DNA of 61,687 bases, the filler included. It is 6 parts of 6 records of this genome, joined end to end, with 100 filler letters (N's around TTAATTAATTAA, not from the genome) between each part and the next. Parts side by side here need not be neighbours in the genome. Positions count along the whole stretch, not along the records: positions 1 to 7,027 come from SRR31156797_14940; positions 7,128 to 28,002 come from SRR31156797_14957; 4 more parts are not named here. One strand, given 5' to 3'. A program made the translations under genes and the position numbers. Below are positions 1 to 9,522 of the stretch, piece by piece. The notes beneath the pieces were generated by a model that saw only the letters and a list, made by a program, of their open reading frames with translations, made no database searches and was not told where the DNA came from. Position 1 is the first letter of the stretch, and every line of letters starts with the position of its first letter.

Positions 1-384
1 CATTAAAACAGGATATGAAAATAATCCATGGTTAGCATTGATACCTTTTGCTACTTTATCTTTGTATGAGTGTGCTCTTTCAAGAAGTCCCATAGATGTA
101 TGGTTTGATAATATCCAGTATAACTCAAGTACCTCTTTTACATCACTTTGTACCCAAAAAGTTGATTTTTCAGGGTCCATTCCTAATGATAAAAAGTTAA
201 CTACTGCTTCGAAAATGTTTTTTTCTAAAAGCTCTTTTTCTTTAACTGTTGTTAAAGCATGGTATGATGCAACAAATGCAAATAAGTCACCTTGGTCTTG
301 TGACTCAACCATTTTCTTAATCGCTCCGAAGTAGTTACCAATATGTAAAGTTCCACTTGGTTGAATTCCAGATAATATTCTCAA
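1..384 (-). CDS. trpS: tryptophan--tRNA ligase, 5' part (runs off window edge)
   Basis: Read by hand from TTG at 384: MRILSGIQPSGTLHIGNYFGAIKK, the class I HIGH-type motif typical of TrpRS. AAGGAAG RBS upstream. Absent from the ORF track because the stop lies outside the window. Confidence 0.95.
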   Translation of the reverse strand, partial: MRILSGIQPSGTLHIGNYFGAIKKMVESQDQGDLFAFVASYHALTTVKEKELLEKNIFEAVVNFLSLGMDPEKSTFWVQSDVKEVLELYWILSNHTSMGLLERAHSYKDKVAKGINANHGLFSYPVLM

Positions 385-452
385 TTTATACTTCCTTAAA
401 ATTATTTAAACACGCATTATAACTAAAGTAAATATAATAGCTTTTTAAACTA

Positions 453-1727
453 TTAAGAAAGCTTCTTTTCTATTTTGTTCTCTATCAAATCAAGATGTAG
501 TTGCAAATTGTAATATTCACCCATAAAAGAAAGGGGAACCTTTGTCTCTTTTTGAATTTCTTGTCTTAGTTTTTGTACCTTTTCTAGTTGAACTCTTAAA
601 TCTTTAGAGTCTAAACTATCTATACTATTATCTAAGTTTTTAACTTCCTCATACCATCTATATATTTTTGAACGCATTGTCCATGTGTATAGTGGGAAAA
701 AACCTTTAAATAATGGGAAAAGTAAAGTCAGTAAAGGGATAATAAGAAGTTTTAATCTATCTATATTTGAAGCTATCCAATAAGGAAAAATCTTTTCAAG
801 CCAAGTATCTCCATACTCAAAATACCTTTGGGCTTCTTCGTGCATTTCAAGTTGCATATTTAAAGCATTTGGAAATTGTTCAGCTTTAGCAAAAAGGTCT
901 TTTTTATTATGTACTTCTTTTACTTTTTTTAGAACTAGTCTAATTAACTCTTCAGAAAAACCATCTTTAACCACTAAGTTTGCAGTTGTAGAAAGAAGAC
1001 CAATATTCTCATCTGGTAAGTTTTTATATAAATCTAAAGTTCCCTCATATAGATTTAGAGCTTCTAAAAATGGATATTTTCTACTATAAGCTTTTGCTCT
1101 TTTAAAGCTTAAAATATTTATCTTTGGATTTGCAAGTAGCTCTTTTATGGTTTCTGATTTATGAGAAGAAACAACAAACATTGCATCGATGTTTCCTTTT
1201 TCAAGCTCTTCTCTTGCTTTACTTGCATCATAATTGAAAATTTGAGAGTTATCTTGATTTATGCCATTGTCTTTTAAAACTTTTAAAGCCAAGTCTTTAG
1301 TTCCACTACCTTCTCTTCCAATTGATATTTTTTTTGAGATTAGTTGAATAACATAATTTATAGGAAAACCTTCATTTCTATAAAAAACCCACAGAGGCTC
1401 ATAATATATAGAGGCTAAGGATTTTATTCCTTCTTGGTTGTTTTTGATAGTTCCATTTTGTAAAAAGGCAATGTCTGCTTTATTCTCTTTTAGTAGGTTT
1501 ATATTTTCAATAGAACCAGCAGAAGTTAAAAGGTTTACTTTTACATTCTCTTTTTCTAGTAACTCTTTGTAAATTAGGGCTGTTTTATAGTAGTTTCCAC
1601 TTTTAGAACCAGTAGCTATTGTAATCTCTTTTTTTGGAGGTGGTTTAATAAATTTAGATGTTACATAAAAAGAAGCAATAACTAGTAAAAGAATAGGGAT
1701 TGAGATTGTAAAAAATTTATATTTCAT
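453..1727 (-). CDS. TAXI-family TRAP solute-binding protein with C-terminal membrane/helical extension
   Basis: ITIATGSKSGNYY, TSAGSIENINLL, LASIYYEPLWVF and GREGSGT motifs; N-terminal anchor and a C-terminal hydrophobic segment. Confidence 0.85.
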   Translation of the reverse strand: MKYKFFTISIPILLLVIASFYVTSKFIKPPPKKEITIATGSKSGNYYKTALIYKELLEKENVKVNLLTSAGSIENINLLKENKADIAFLQNGTIKNNQEGIKSLASIYYEPLWVFYRNEGFPINYVIQLISKKISIGREGSGTKDLALKVLKDNGINQDNSQIFNYDASKAREELEKGNIDAMFVVSSHKSETIKELLANPKINILSFKRAKAYSRKYPFLEALNLYEGTLDLYKNLPDENIGLLSTTANLVVKDGFSEELIRLVLKKVKEVHNKKDLFAKAEQFPNALNMQLEMHEEAQRYFEYGDTWLEKIFPYWIASNIDRLKLLIIPLLTLLFPLFKGFFPLYTWTMRSKIYRWYEEVKNLDNSIDSLDSKDLRVQLEKVQKLRQEIQKETKVPLSFMGEYYNLQLHLDLIENKIEKKLS

Positions 1728-1772
1728 TTGTATTTCTCTTAATTATTTTTTATTATTATAACTTAGAAACAC

Positions 1773-1808
1773 AAAAATAAAAAGAGGGCAGAGCCTCTTT
1801 TATTTTTT
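1773..1808 (-). terminator. intrinsic terminator after mntP
   Basis: AAAAGAGG-N6-CCTCTTTT hairpin flanked by A/T tracts on both sides, directly after the mntP stop. Confidence 0.7.
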
Positions 1809-2358
1809 AAACTAATAGGTTTTGTAATAGAATTTTAAATCCAATGATGATTAGAATAACTCCACCCAGAATTTCGGCTTTACTTTCATATTTTGCTCCA
1901 CCTTTTACTCCTAAGTAAACACCTAAAATACTAAAGATAAAAGTAGTAATACCAATAATTGCTAATGATAAATATACATTTAGATTAAATAAGTGTAAAG
2001 AAAAACCTGCTGCCATAGCATCAATACTTGTAGCAATAGCAAGGGTTAATAATATTTTGTGTGAAACTTTTGTAATCTCTTCTTCAACTGGTTCTGAAAA
2101 GGCTTCATAAATCATTTTTCCACCAATTATAAGTAAAAGAATAAAGGCAATCCAAAAATCATAGCCACCAATAATATCTTGTAAACCAACACCACCTGCA
2201 TAACCAATAAATGGCATTAAAGCTTGAAAGATACCAAAATATAAACCTGCGACAATTGCAAGGCTTTTTATCTTTTCTTTGTTTTTTATTCCTAAACCAA
2301 TAGAAACAGCAAATGCATCCATACTAAGTGCAATACTTAAGATAATAACTTCTAACAT
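1807..2358 (-). CDS. mntP: manganese efflux pump MntP family
   Basis: Duplicated ALSMDAFAVS / ATSIDAMAAG motifs, about 6 TM segments. Confidence 0.93.
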   Translation of the reverse strand: MLEVIILSIALSMDAFAVSIGLGIKNKEKIKSLAIVAGLYFGIFQALMPFIGYAGGVGLQDIIGGYDFWIAFILLLIIGGKMIYEAFSEPVEEEITKVSHKILLTLAIATSIDAMAAGFSLHLFNLNVYLSLAIIGITTFIFSILGVYLGVKGGAKYESKAEILGGVILIIIGFKILLQNLLV

Positions 2359-3530
2359 TTTATAACGTCCTCTTTTTTATAAGAAAGTGAAATTATAGTC
2401 AAAAGTAAAAAAGTAACTGCTGAAAATAAAAAAGGTATCTCAGGTTTTATTTCATAAAGTAATGTACTTAATAATGGTCCTATAATTATTCCTAAGCCTT
2501 GGGCAGCAGAAACTGTTCCTGCTGCAACTCCTTGCTCATGTTCTTGCACACTATTTGCAGTTATTGCTAAAAATGCAGGCATTAACATTCCTAAGCCAAC
2601 AGTTCCAATACTAAATGCAATTGTTAGTTGAAGTTGTGTTGTAATAATGCTAACTAAAAAATAACCACTAGCACAAAGAATTGAGCCTAGTGTTAACCAA
2701 GTATAAGAAGAGACACTTTTTAATTTTGAAACGGCAATTTGTGTTATTATAAAAACAACACCAATAACGGCTAAAATATATCCTGTACTTTTTGCCGCTT
2801 CAATCTCTCCTAAATAGAATTTATCAAGTATAAAAAAGCCAATACAAACTTGTGAGGTTACGATACTATACATAGTAAAAAATGAAGTTATCATAGGAAG
2901 TCTTAATCGTTTATCTAAAAAATGAATAGGTTTTTCTTGAGTCTTTTCTCTTTTCTTACTTGGTTCTAATTTAAAGTATATAATTCCAACTGCAACTAAA
3001 GGTAAAATAGCTGCAAAATATAAAGGTGTAGTTAATCCATATATAGCAAGTGCTCCCCCAGCCATTGGTCCTATAATCATTCCGATTCCATTTGCTGCTC
3101 CTAAGCTTGCCATATAAGAAGTTCTTTTTCTAGGTTCAACTTTATCTGCAATTAAAGCATTTGAAACAGGAGGAATAGCAGAATAAAATACTCCAATTAT
3201 AACTCTGGCAAAAACTAAAGCACTTAGTGAAATAATAACAGCAGGTGGAGTTATCATAGCATAGTTTACAAAGCCTGCTAAAAATAAGTAAGAAAGAAAA
3301 AATCCAAATATTGTAAAGACTAGAATATTTTTTCTTCCATAGTAATCACTTTTTTTACCCCAAAATCTTGAAAGTAAAACCCAAGCAACTCCTGCAAGAG
3401 CAACCATAAGTCCTGCGTGCCACTCTTGTAGATTTAATTTTCTAATTATTGGTCCTACGACAGCTAAAAAAGCCATCATAGAAGATACACATAAAATATT
3501 AACTGCCATTAAAGGCTTGATTTCTTTCAT
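2352..3530 (-). CDS. MFS transporter (DHA1/TetA-like)
   Basis: MFS motif A WGKKSDYYGRKN, about 12 TM segments; overlaps both neighbouring genes. Confidence 0.88.
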   Translation of the reverse strand: MKEIKPLMAVNILCVSSMMAFLAVVGPIIRKLNLQEWHAGLMVALAGVAWVLLSRFWGKKSDYYGRKNILVFTIFGFFLSYLFLAGFVNYAMITPPAVIISLSALVFARVIIGVFYSAIPPVSNALIADKVEPRKRTSYMASLGAANGIGMIIGPMAGGALAIYGLTTPLYFAAILPLVAVGIIYFKLEPSKKREKTQEKPIHFLDKRLRLPMITSFFTMYSIVTSQVCIGFFILDKFYLGEIEAAKSTGYILAVIGVVFIITQIAVSKLKSVSSYTWLTLGSILCASGYFLVSIITTQLQLTIAFSIGTVGLGMLMPAFLAITANSVQEHEQGVAAGTVSAAQGLGIIIGPLLSTLLYEIKPEIPFLFSAVTFLLLTIISLSYKKEDVIKC

Positions 3531-4737
3531 TTTTATTCCTTTTTAAAATAAATTCAATTTTTGTAGAAAAGTAAATAGAGAATAAGCCTATAAAGGCACA
3601 AATTATAATTATCTTTTCATAACCTAGAACACCAGATAAAGAAACAGACATAGAGCTAAAGAAAATCCCAGAGAACATATAAATACTATGTTGTATTGCA
3701 AATTGTGAAGCGGGAGATTTATTTGAAGATAAGTCCATCATTAAGGTTGTCATTAATACTTGTGATGGAGTATAAAATAAAAATATAAACCCTACAATAA
3801 ACATAACAAGGAACTCGTTTTCATGGTATTTAAAAATTAAAAAGAGCATTAAGATACCAACTATTTGTCCTATTGCTGCAACTATCAAGATGATTTTTCT
3901 TCCAAATTTGTTTATTAAAAAGGAAGTGGCAAATGAGGCTAAAAAACCTATTCCATAACCTACAATGTGAACAGCAAAACCTATTTTGTCTAAACTCCAA
4001 TTTAAATCAACTAGTAAAGGAGTAGTTATTCCAAAAGCTGATGAGATAGTTATTGGATAAAGGAAAAGTAAAATAAACCATAGTTTTTTTTCTTTTGTTT
4101 TCCAAAAAGTAAGATATTGTTTATAATCTACTTTCTCAATAAAGTTTGCATGTTTCATCTTTGGTTCTGAATAAATAAATATTTGAATGAGAGAGATTGC
4201 TGTTAATATAGCCATAATAAACATAGTAGGGTGCCAGCCTAATTTTGAATAAAGAATTAAACCAAAGCCTCCACCTAAAATCATTCCAATAAGTCCCCCA
4301 GCAGCTTTAATTCCATTTATTAAAGAGCGTTGTCTTTTAAAGGTTACTTTAAATGCAAAGGCATCTAAAGCAATATTTTGTGATGCTGCAAAAAAAGCGA
4401 AAAATACAGATAGAACTATTATTAGAGGTAGATTTTTATCTATATGCAATAAAGCAATAAAAAGAAGTGTAATAACCATCAATGACTGGAAAATAAGAAT
4501 CCAAGCTCGATAATGTCCCATTTTTTTAAAGTATATCTTATCAATAAATGGAGCCCATAAAAATCTAAATACCCAAAAAAGACCTAGCATATATATAAAG
4601 CCAAGGTTTTCTAAAGAAACTCCATTTTGTCTTAAAATCCCAATGAAGGCTTCAATAAAGAAGCCTAACCCTAGGAACTGAGTAGTATAAAGACTAAACA
4701 ATAAAAATATAGTATTCCAAGTTAGTTTTTTTTTCAT
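3499..4737 (-). CDS. AmpG/RhtX/FptX/YbtX-like siderophore MFS permease
   Basis: LFWVFRFLWAPFID and AASQNIALDA motifs of the AmpG/RhtX family; context next to YbtPQ-like ABC genes. Confidence 0.82.
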   Translation of the reverse strand: MKKKLTWNTIFLLFSLYTTQFLGLGFFIEAFIGILRQNGVSLENLGFIYMLGLFWVFRFLWAPFIDKIYFKKMGHYRAWILIFQSLMVITLLFIALLHIDKNLPLIIVLSVFFAFFAASQNIALDAFAFKVTFKRQRSLINGIKAAGGLIGMILGGGFGLILYSKLGWHPTMFIMAILTAISLIQIFIYSEPKMKHANFIEKVDYKQYLTFWKTKEKKLWFILLFLYPITISSAFGITTPLLVDLNWSLDKIGFAVHIVGYGIGFLASFATSFLINKFGRKIILIVAAIGQIVGILMLFLIFKYHENEFLVMFIVGFIFLFYTPSQVLMTTLMMDLSSNKSPASQFAIQHSIYMFSGIFFSSMSVSLSGVLGYEKIIIICAFIGLFSIYFSTKIEFILKRNKNERNQAFNGS

Positions 4738-6512
4738 TTGATACTACTTTTTACATCCCACTCTTTTACTCTTTGTTGAGCTTGGAACATGGCATAATAT
4801 TTATCTTTTTTGTTAAATAACTCTTTGTGGGTACCGTGTTCTTTAATATGACCATCTTCTACTACTAGGATATTATCCGCATGGGCAATAGTAGAAAGTC
4901 TATGGGCTATGACAATTACAGTTTTGTCTTTGATAAGTTCATCTAAAGCATTTTGAACAGCTACTTCACTTTCGGTGTCTAGTGCTGAGGTGGGTTCATC
5001 AAGTATTACAATAGGTGCATCTTTTAAAATAGCTCTTGCAATAGAAATACGTTGACGTTCTCCTCCACTTAAACTTCCACCAATTTCCCCAACTTTTGTT
5101 TCATATCCATGGGGAAGACGTGAAACAAACTCATGACAAAATGCAGCTTTAGAAGCAGCTAATACTTCCTCATCACTTGCCTTTGGTTTTCCCATACGAA
5201 TATTATTTAAAATAGTGTCATCGAATAAATAGACATCTTGAAATACTACAGAGATATAACTCATTAAAGAAGTTTGCTTCATGCTTCTAATATCTACGTC
5301 ACCAATTTTTACTAGACCTTTTTGTGGATCATCATATCTCATAATTAGTTTTGTAATAGTAGTTTTTCCACTTCCTGATGGTCCAACTATTGCAGTAAGT
5401 GAGTTGTCTTTGATTTCAAGGTTTAAACTCTCTAAACTATTTTTTGTATTTCCTTCATAAGCAAAATCTACATTTTGAAAGTTTATATTAAATTTTTTAG
5501 GTTTTTGTTTTGGTTCTTTTATAAAAAACTCTTTTACATCTAAAAGTTTTCGAATATGTTTAAAAGAGGCTTCCATGATATCTAAAACTCCAGTAACAGC
5601 TAAAAAGTTTGCTAAAGGCTCAGACAGTCTTCCTAAGATAATAAGTAAAGCAATTAAAGCTCCTATACTAAATTCTTCATTAGTAATATAAATACTTCCT
5701 AAAACAAGAACAAATAAAAACAAAAATTCAATTAGAGTATTCATTATAATCATTGGAAGAGTAGAAGCTAAAACACCTTTCTTTTGTACTTCTCTTAAGT
5801 TTGATATAGATTTTTGAAGGTTTTGTGCATTTTCACCTACTTGGTTTACAGCTCTTAAAATAGGTAAACCTTGAATATATTCAATAGTATCTGCTTCAAG
5901 TTTTGCATGGGCTTTTATTCCTTCTGTTTTATCCCATTTTGTTTTTTTTCTACTCCAATAATAAAGAGGAACAGCAAAAGGAATAGCAATAAGAAGAGCT
6001 AATGCCATACTAGGGTCTATAAAAAATGTTGCTAAAATTATCACAAGAGGTACAATAAGAACTTCAAAAAACATTCCTGAAACTATTCCCATATGAAGAA
6101 TTGATTCATCAACATTTTGTGCTAAAATAGAGTTTAATTCTCCTGTTCTATATTTGTATAGATTTTGAAGAGGCATAGTTTTTATTTTTACTCCAAGTTT
6201 TATTCTTAGGTCATGGGTTATTTGTACAATATCTTTTGAGTATTGAAAACCTGAACCTAACCACCGAAAAAAGAAAGAGATTAAACTAAGTGTGCAAATT
6301 GCTCCAAGCCAAAATAGACTTTTATTTATACTAAATTCACTTGCAAAAATATTATTTAATAAAGGGAAAAATAGAGCAAAAGCTAGACCTTGAAAAATAT
6401 AAGCAAGAATAAAATATAAAAAACTTCTTTTCACTAAGTTAGCGTTCTTTCCTGCTATATTTATAGTTGTGTTATAAGATTCTTTAAATGAAGATATTTT
6501 TTCATTATTCAT
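4734..6512 (-). CDS. ABC transporter fused permease/ATPase, YbtQ/IrtB-like
   Basis: TM domain, Walker A GPSGSGKT, LSGGERQR, ILDEPTSALDTESE. Confidence 0.9.
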   Translation of the reverse strand: MNNEKISSFKESYNTTINIAGKNANLVKRSFLYFILAYIFQGLAFALFFPLLNNIFASEFSINKSLFWLGAICTLSLISFFFRWLGSGFQYSKDIVQITHDLRIKLGVKIKTMPLQNLYKYRTGELNSILAQNVDESILHMGIVSGMFFEVLIVPLVIILATFFIDPSMALALLIAIPFAVPLYYWSRKKTKWDKTEGIKAHAKLEADTIEYIQGLPILRAVNQVGENAQNLQKSISNLREVQKKGVLASTLPMIIMNTLIEFLFLFVLVLGSIYITNEEFSIGALIALLIILGRLSEPLANFLAVTGVLDIMEASFKHIRKLLDVKEFFIKEPKQKPKKFNINFQNVDFAYEGNTKNSLESLNLEIKDNSLTAIVGPSGSGKTTITKLIMRYDDPQKGLVKIGDVDIRSMKQTSLMSYISVVFQDVYLFDDTILNNIRMGKPKASDEEVLAASKAAFCHEFVSRLPHGYETKVGEIGGSLSGGERQRISIARAILKDAPIVILDEPTSALDTESEVAVQNALDELIKDKTVIVIAHRLSTIAHADNILVVEDGHIKEHGTHKELFNKKDKYYAMFQAQQRVKEWDVKSSIK

Positions 6513-7027
6513 TTTCTTTTCCTTTTTCTAAGTTCCATTGACTTGCTTTTTCATAGTTATCCCATAACTTTTTGTAGATAGCTTTATTTTCTAATAATTC
6601 TTCGTGTTTACCAATTTCACTTATTTCTCCTTGGTTAAACACTACTATTTGATCAGCATTTTTTATAGTTGAAAGACGGTGGGCTATCATAATAACTGTT
6701 TTGTTTACAGTTAAGTTTGCTAAGGCTTTAACTATCTCTTCTTCATTTTCAGGATCTGCAAAAGCAGTTGCTTCATCAAGTACTACAATAGGAGTGTCTC
6801 TTAAAATTGCACGGGCTATTGTGATACGTTGTTTTTGTCCCCCTGAAAGTTTTGTTCCTCTATCTCCTGCTTTAGTTTCATAAGCTTTTGGAAGGCTTTC
6901 AATAAAATCATGTATTTGGGCTGCTTTTGCTGCTTTTATTACCTCTTCTTTGGTTGCATTTTGATTTGCTATTTTAATATTGTTGTAGATTGTGTCTTGA
7001 AAAAGAAAGGTATCTTGAAATACAAAA
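6505..7027 (-). CDS. 3' part of YbtP/IrtA-like ABC transporter (continues 54697-55989)
   Basis: Frame is open from the contig end: FVFQDTFLFQDTIYNNI...LSGGQKQR...VLDEATAFADPENE...IAHRLST. The ORF track reports only the last 61 aa. Confidence 0.92.
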
Positions 7028-7127
7028 NNNNNNNNNNNNNNNNNNNNNNNNNNNNNNNNNNNNNNNNNNNNTTAATTAATTAANNNNNNNNNNNNNNNNN
7101 NNNNNNNNNNNNNNNNNNNNNNNNNNN
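7028..7127. other. artificial contig linker
   Basis: 44 N + TTAATTAATTAA (stops in all six frames) + 44 N. Confidence 0.99.
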
Positions 7128-7285
7128 CGGATAGTCTGCGATTGGCCTTCCATCCTCCTCATCCAACCCCAAAATCATCCACATCAAATATGCTGTTGGC
7201 AGGCTCCCTTTTCCTGGATGATTATAATACCATTTATGATTATAGCACTGATCCTGTCAGGGTTGGGATTGCCCACAAGAAATAA
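7128..7285 (+). CDS. C-terminal fragment, pepsin-like (A1) aspartic protease candidate
   Basis: Frame from 7130 reads DSLRLAFHPPHPTPKSSTSNMLLAGSLFLDDYNTIYDYSTDPVRVGIAHKK*, resembling the pepsin C-terminal motif ILGDVFxxxYYTVFDxxxxxVGxA. Confidence 0.55.
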
Positions 7286-7311
7286 TCAATGCCCAGGGAT
7301 GTTATATGATT

Positions 7312-8646
7312 TTAGGCAAAAAACTTCTCGTTTTCTTTTTTTATGTCTGATCTTGTTCGGGTATTTACCCTCGCTTTCAAATCATTCAGCATGGTGTATA
7401 AACCAAAATAAGTCCTGTTTATATAAAGCCCATGCCTTGAGCCTCTCGCAGTTTTTGAATTCCTTACTTCCTTGTTTTTATAAATTTCATCGCTGAAGGT
7501 GTAAATGCGCTTAAAAAATTCATCATCACCAAAATCGAAGTAACCTTCAATAAATGGTTTGCCAAGCAAAGTGATGATTTCCTTGAAAAGTGGAATGAAC
7601 AGTTCTTTTTCTCTTTCCGAATCCTGATCTGTGATAAACTCGTTTTTATAAAAAAGTTCTATCATTTTCTCTTTATTTTCAAGAACTGCCGGATCGTAGA
7701 GTTTGAAATAGTTTTCGTAGAATTCCTGCGGGATAACTTTTACACATCCAAAATCGATTACACCCACCCGGCCATCAGGGTTGAAAAGGAAATTGCCCGG
7801 ATGCGGATCGGCATGAACCATTTTGAGTTTGTGTACCTGAAAATCGTAAAAATCCCAAAGCGTCTGGCCAATTTTATCGCGAACTTCCTGTGATGGGTTG
7901 GTTTCGAGAAGCTCTTTAAGGTGTGCACCATCTATCCAGTCCATGGTAATGATTTTATCGCTGGAAAATTCCTCGTAATACTTTGGGAAGTATAAATTTC
8001 CCACCTCTTTTTCACAGGCTTCAGAAATTTCTACAGACCTTTTGAGTTCCAGTTTGTAATCAGTTTCTTCCAAAAGCCGGTCTTTAACTTCTTCCATATA
8101 AAGGCTAAATTCTCCCTCCGAAATATTCATGATGCGCATGGCAAGTGGTTTTACCATCCTTAGATCAGAACCTACACTTTCTGCCACACCGGGATATTGC
8201 ACTTTAACAGCCAGATGTTTGCCTTTGAGCGTTGCCCTGTGTACCTGCCCGATGGATGCGGCATTGGCGGCCCTGCGCGTGAAAGTATCAAACAACTCGA
8301 TGGGAGTTTTCCCCAACGTTTTATGAAACGTTTTTACAACTAACGGGTATGACAATGGTGGAGCACTGTATTGCGACATGGAGAATTTGGAGGAATATGC
8401 CCGTGGAAGAATGTTTTTATCCATGCTCATCATCTGTGCAGCCTTTAGCGCACTGCCTTTTAGCTCGCTCAGCGAATTATAAATGTCGTTTGCATTGTCC
8501 TGATGCAACGATTCCTTGCTGTCATCCCCACTAAAGGTTTTGCGGGCATAATATTTCATGTAGTTTCCGCCAATGCGTGCTCCGGTTTTCATAAACTTTG
8601 ATGCACGCTGTACTTTTGAAGTTGGAATGCTTATCTGGTCGTTCAT
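7312..8646 (-). CDS. ABC1/UbiB/AarF family atypical kinase
   Basis: LKAAQ (KxGQ-like), AAASIGQVHRA, AVKVQYPG, HADPHPGN and DFG motifs. Confidence 0.93.
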   Translation of the reverse strand: MNDQISIPTSKVQRASKFMKTGARIGGNYMKYYARKTFSGDDSKESLHQDNANDIYNSLSELKGSALKAAQMMSMDKNILPRAYSSKFSMSQYSAPPLSYPLVVKTFHKTLGKTPIELFDTFTRRAANAASIGQVHRATLKGKHLAVKVQYPGVAESVGSDLRMVKPLAMRIMNISEGEFSLYMEEVKDRLLEETDYKLELKRSVEISEACEKEVGNLYFPKYYEEFSSDKIITMDWIDGAHLKELLETNPSQEVRDKIGQTLWDFYDFQVHKLKMVHADPHPGNFLFNPDGRVGVIDFGCVKVIPQEFYENYFKLYDPAVLENKEKMIELFYKNEFITDQDSEREKELFIPLFKEIITLLGKPFIEGYFDFGDDEFFKRIYTFSDEIYKNKEVRNSKTARGSRHGLYINRTYFGLYTMLNDLKARVNTRTRSDIKKENEKFFA

Positions 8647-9320
8647 CGTGCGTTCTGGTATAAAAATTTGGCAAGGTCAATAAATGAATCTACAGGGCCT
8701 TCGCCCATCACTTCCGATGATAATTTTACCGCCTTTTCGATGGCTGCATCGGTTTTCTCGAATCCGGGACTTTCGTCTTTAATCCAAAAATAGAGCACAA
8801 ACAAAAACTGGAGCCACAGGGCCTCATCATATTTATCGGAGATGTAAGGCCTTTTCTTGATCTCTTCGCTTTGCATACCTTCCTCAAGCAAACTTTCGAT
8901 GTAGGATTTAAAGGCTTTACTTGCCCCTTTCAGATAGGCAGGCTTCATTTCACGGCGGTCATGGTTTTTATAGCTGACCAGGATATAGCTTCTGTTCTTT
9001 TTAAGCACCTCTATAAAAGTGTAGTAAAATGAGAGCAGTTTTTCCCTCACGGCATATTCGCTGTATTCCGGATTTGCATTCAGCGTTTCGATGGTTTTGG
9101 TTACCAGTGATTTCCAAATTTCGCTGTCTAAGCTTTGAAACGAAGCAAACGATTCGTAAAACTGATTTTCAGTGATTTCGTTGTCTGCACAGAAAACGTA
9201 AACCGATGCGGGGTCCATTCCGTTGCGCAGCACATAATCAATGTAGGCTGAAATGATCTTTTCCCGGATGCCAGTTCCGGAATCCTGTTTAGCCTTCTCT
9301 TTGATGTTTTTCTTAGCCAT
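8643..9320 (-). CDS. TetR-family regulator (Bacteroidota type, paired with ABC1 kinase)
   Basis: Likely start is ATG at 9320 (MAKKNIK). C-terminal FWIKDESPGFEKTDAAIEK...DLAKFL. 4-nt overlap with the ABC1 gene. Confidence 0.8.
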   Translation of the reverse strand: MAKKNIKEKAKQDSGTGIREKIISAYIDYVLRNGMDPASVYVFCADNEITENQFYESFASFQSLDSEIWKSLVTKTIETLNANPEYSEYAVREKLLSFYYTFIEVLKKNRSYILVSYKNHDRREMKPAYLKGASKAFKSYIESLLEEGMQSEEIKKRPYISDKYDEALWLQFLFVLYFWIKDESPGFEKTDAAIEKAVKLSSEVMGEGPVDSFIDLAKFLYQNAR

Positions 9321-9522
9321 TGTATAAATGTTTAATGAATTCAATTTCCAGTTAAACAAAAAATAATGACTTTGGTTTATGCCCAAAAATCCAAACTGAG
9401 TAAAAAATGAAAAGGATGGCTAACAAATGTTGCAGGATTTAAAGCCTGATTAAGCAAAACCTGCCGCTGTGCTTATTTTAAAGACGTGGCTTGAGTAAAG
9501 TTACCGATGGTTTTTTTGTTTT

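Noticed and set aside
38-334. 98-aa plus-strand ORF
   Set aside because: Antisense shadow of trpS, which has clear motifs on the minus strand
6505-6690. 61-aa ORF as a small protein or pseudogene
   Set aside because: It is the tail of the YbtP-like ABC gene cut by the contig boundary
7218-7496. 92-aa plus-strand ORF
   Set aside because: It overlaps the ABC1 kinase antisense and the better-supported 7128-7285 frame, and has no recognisable motifs
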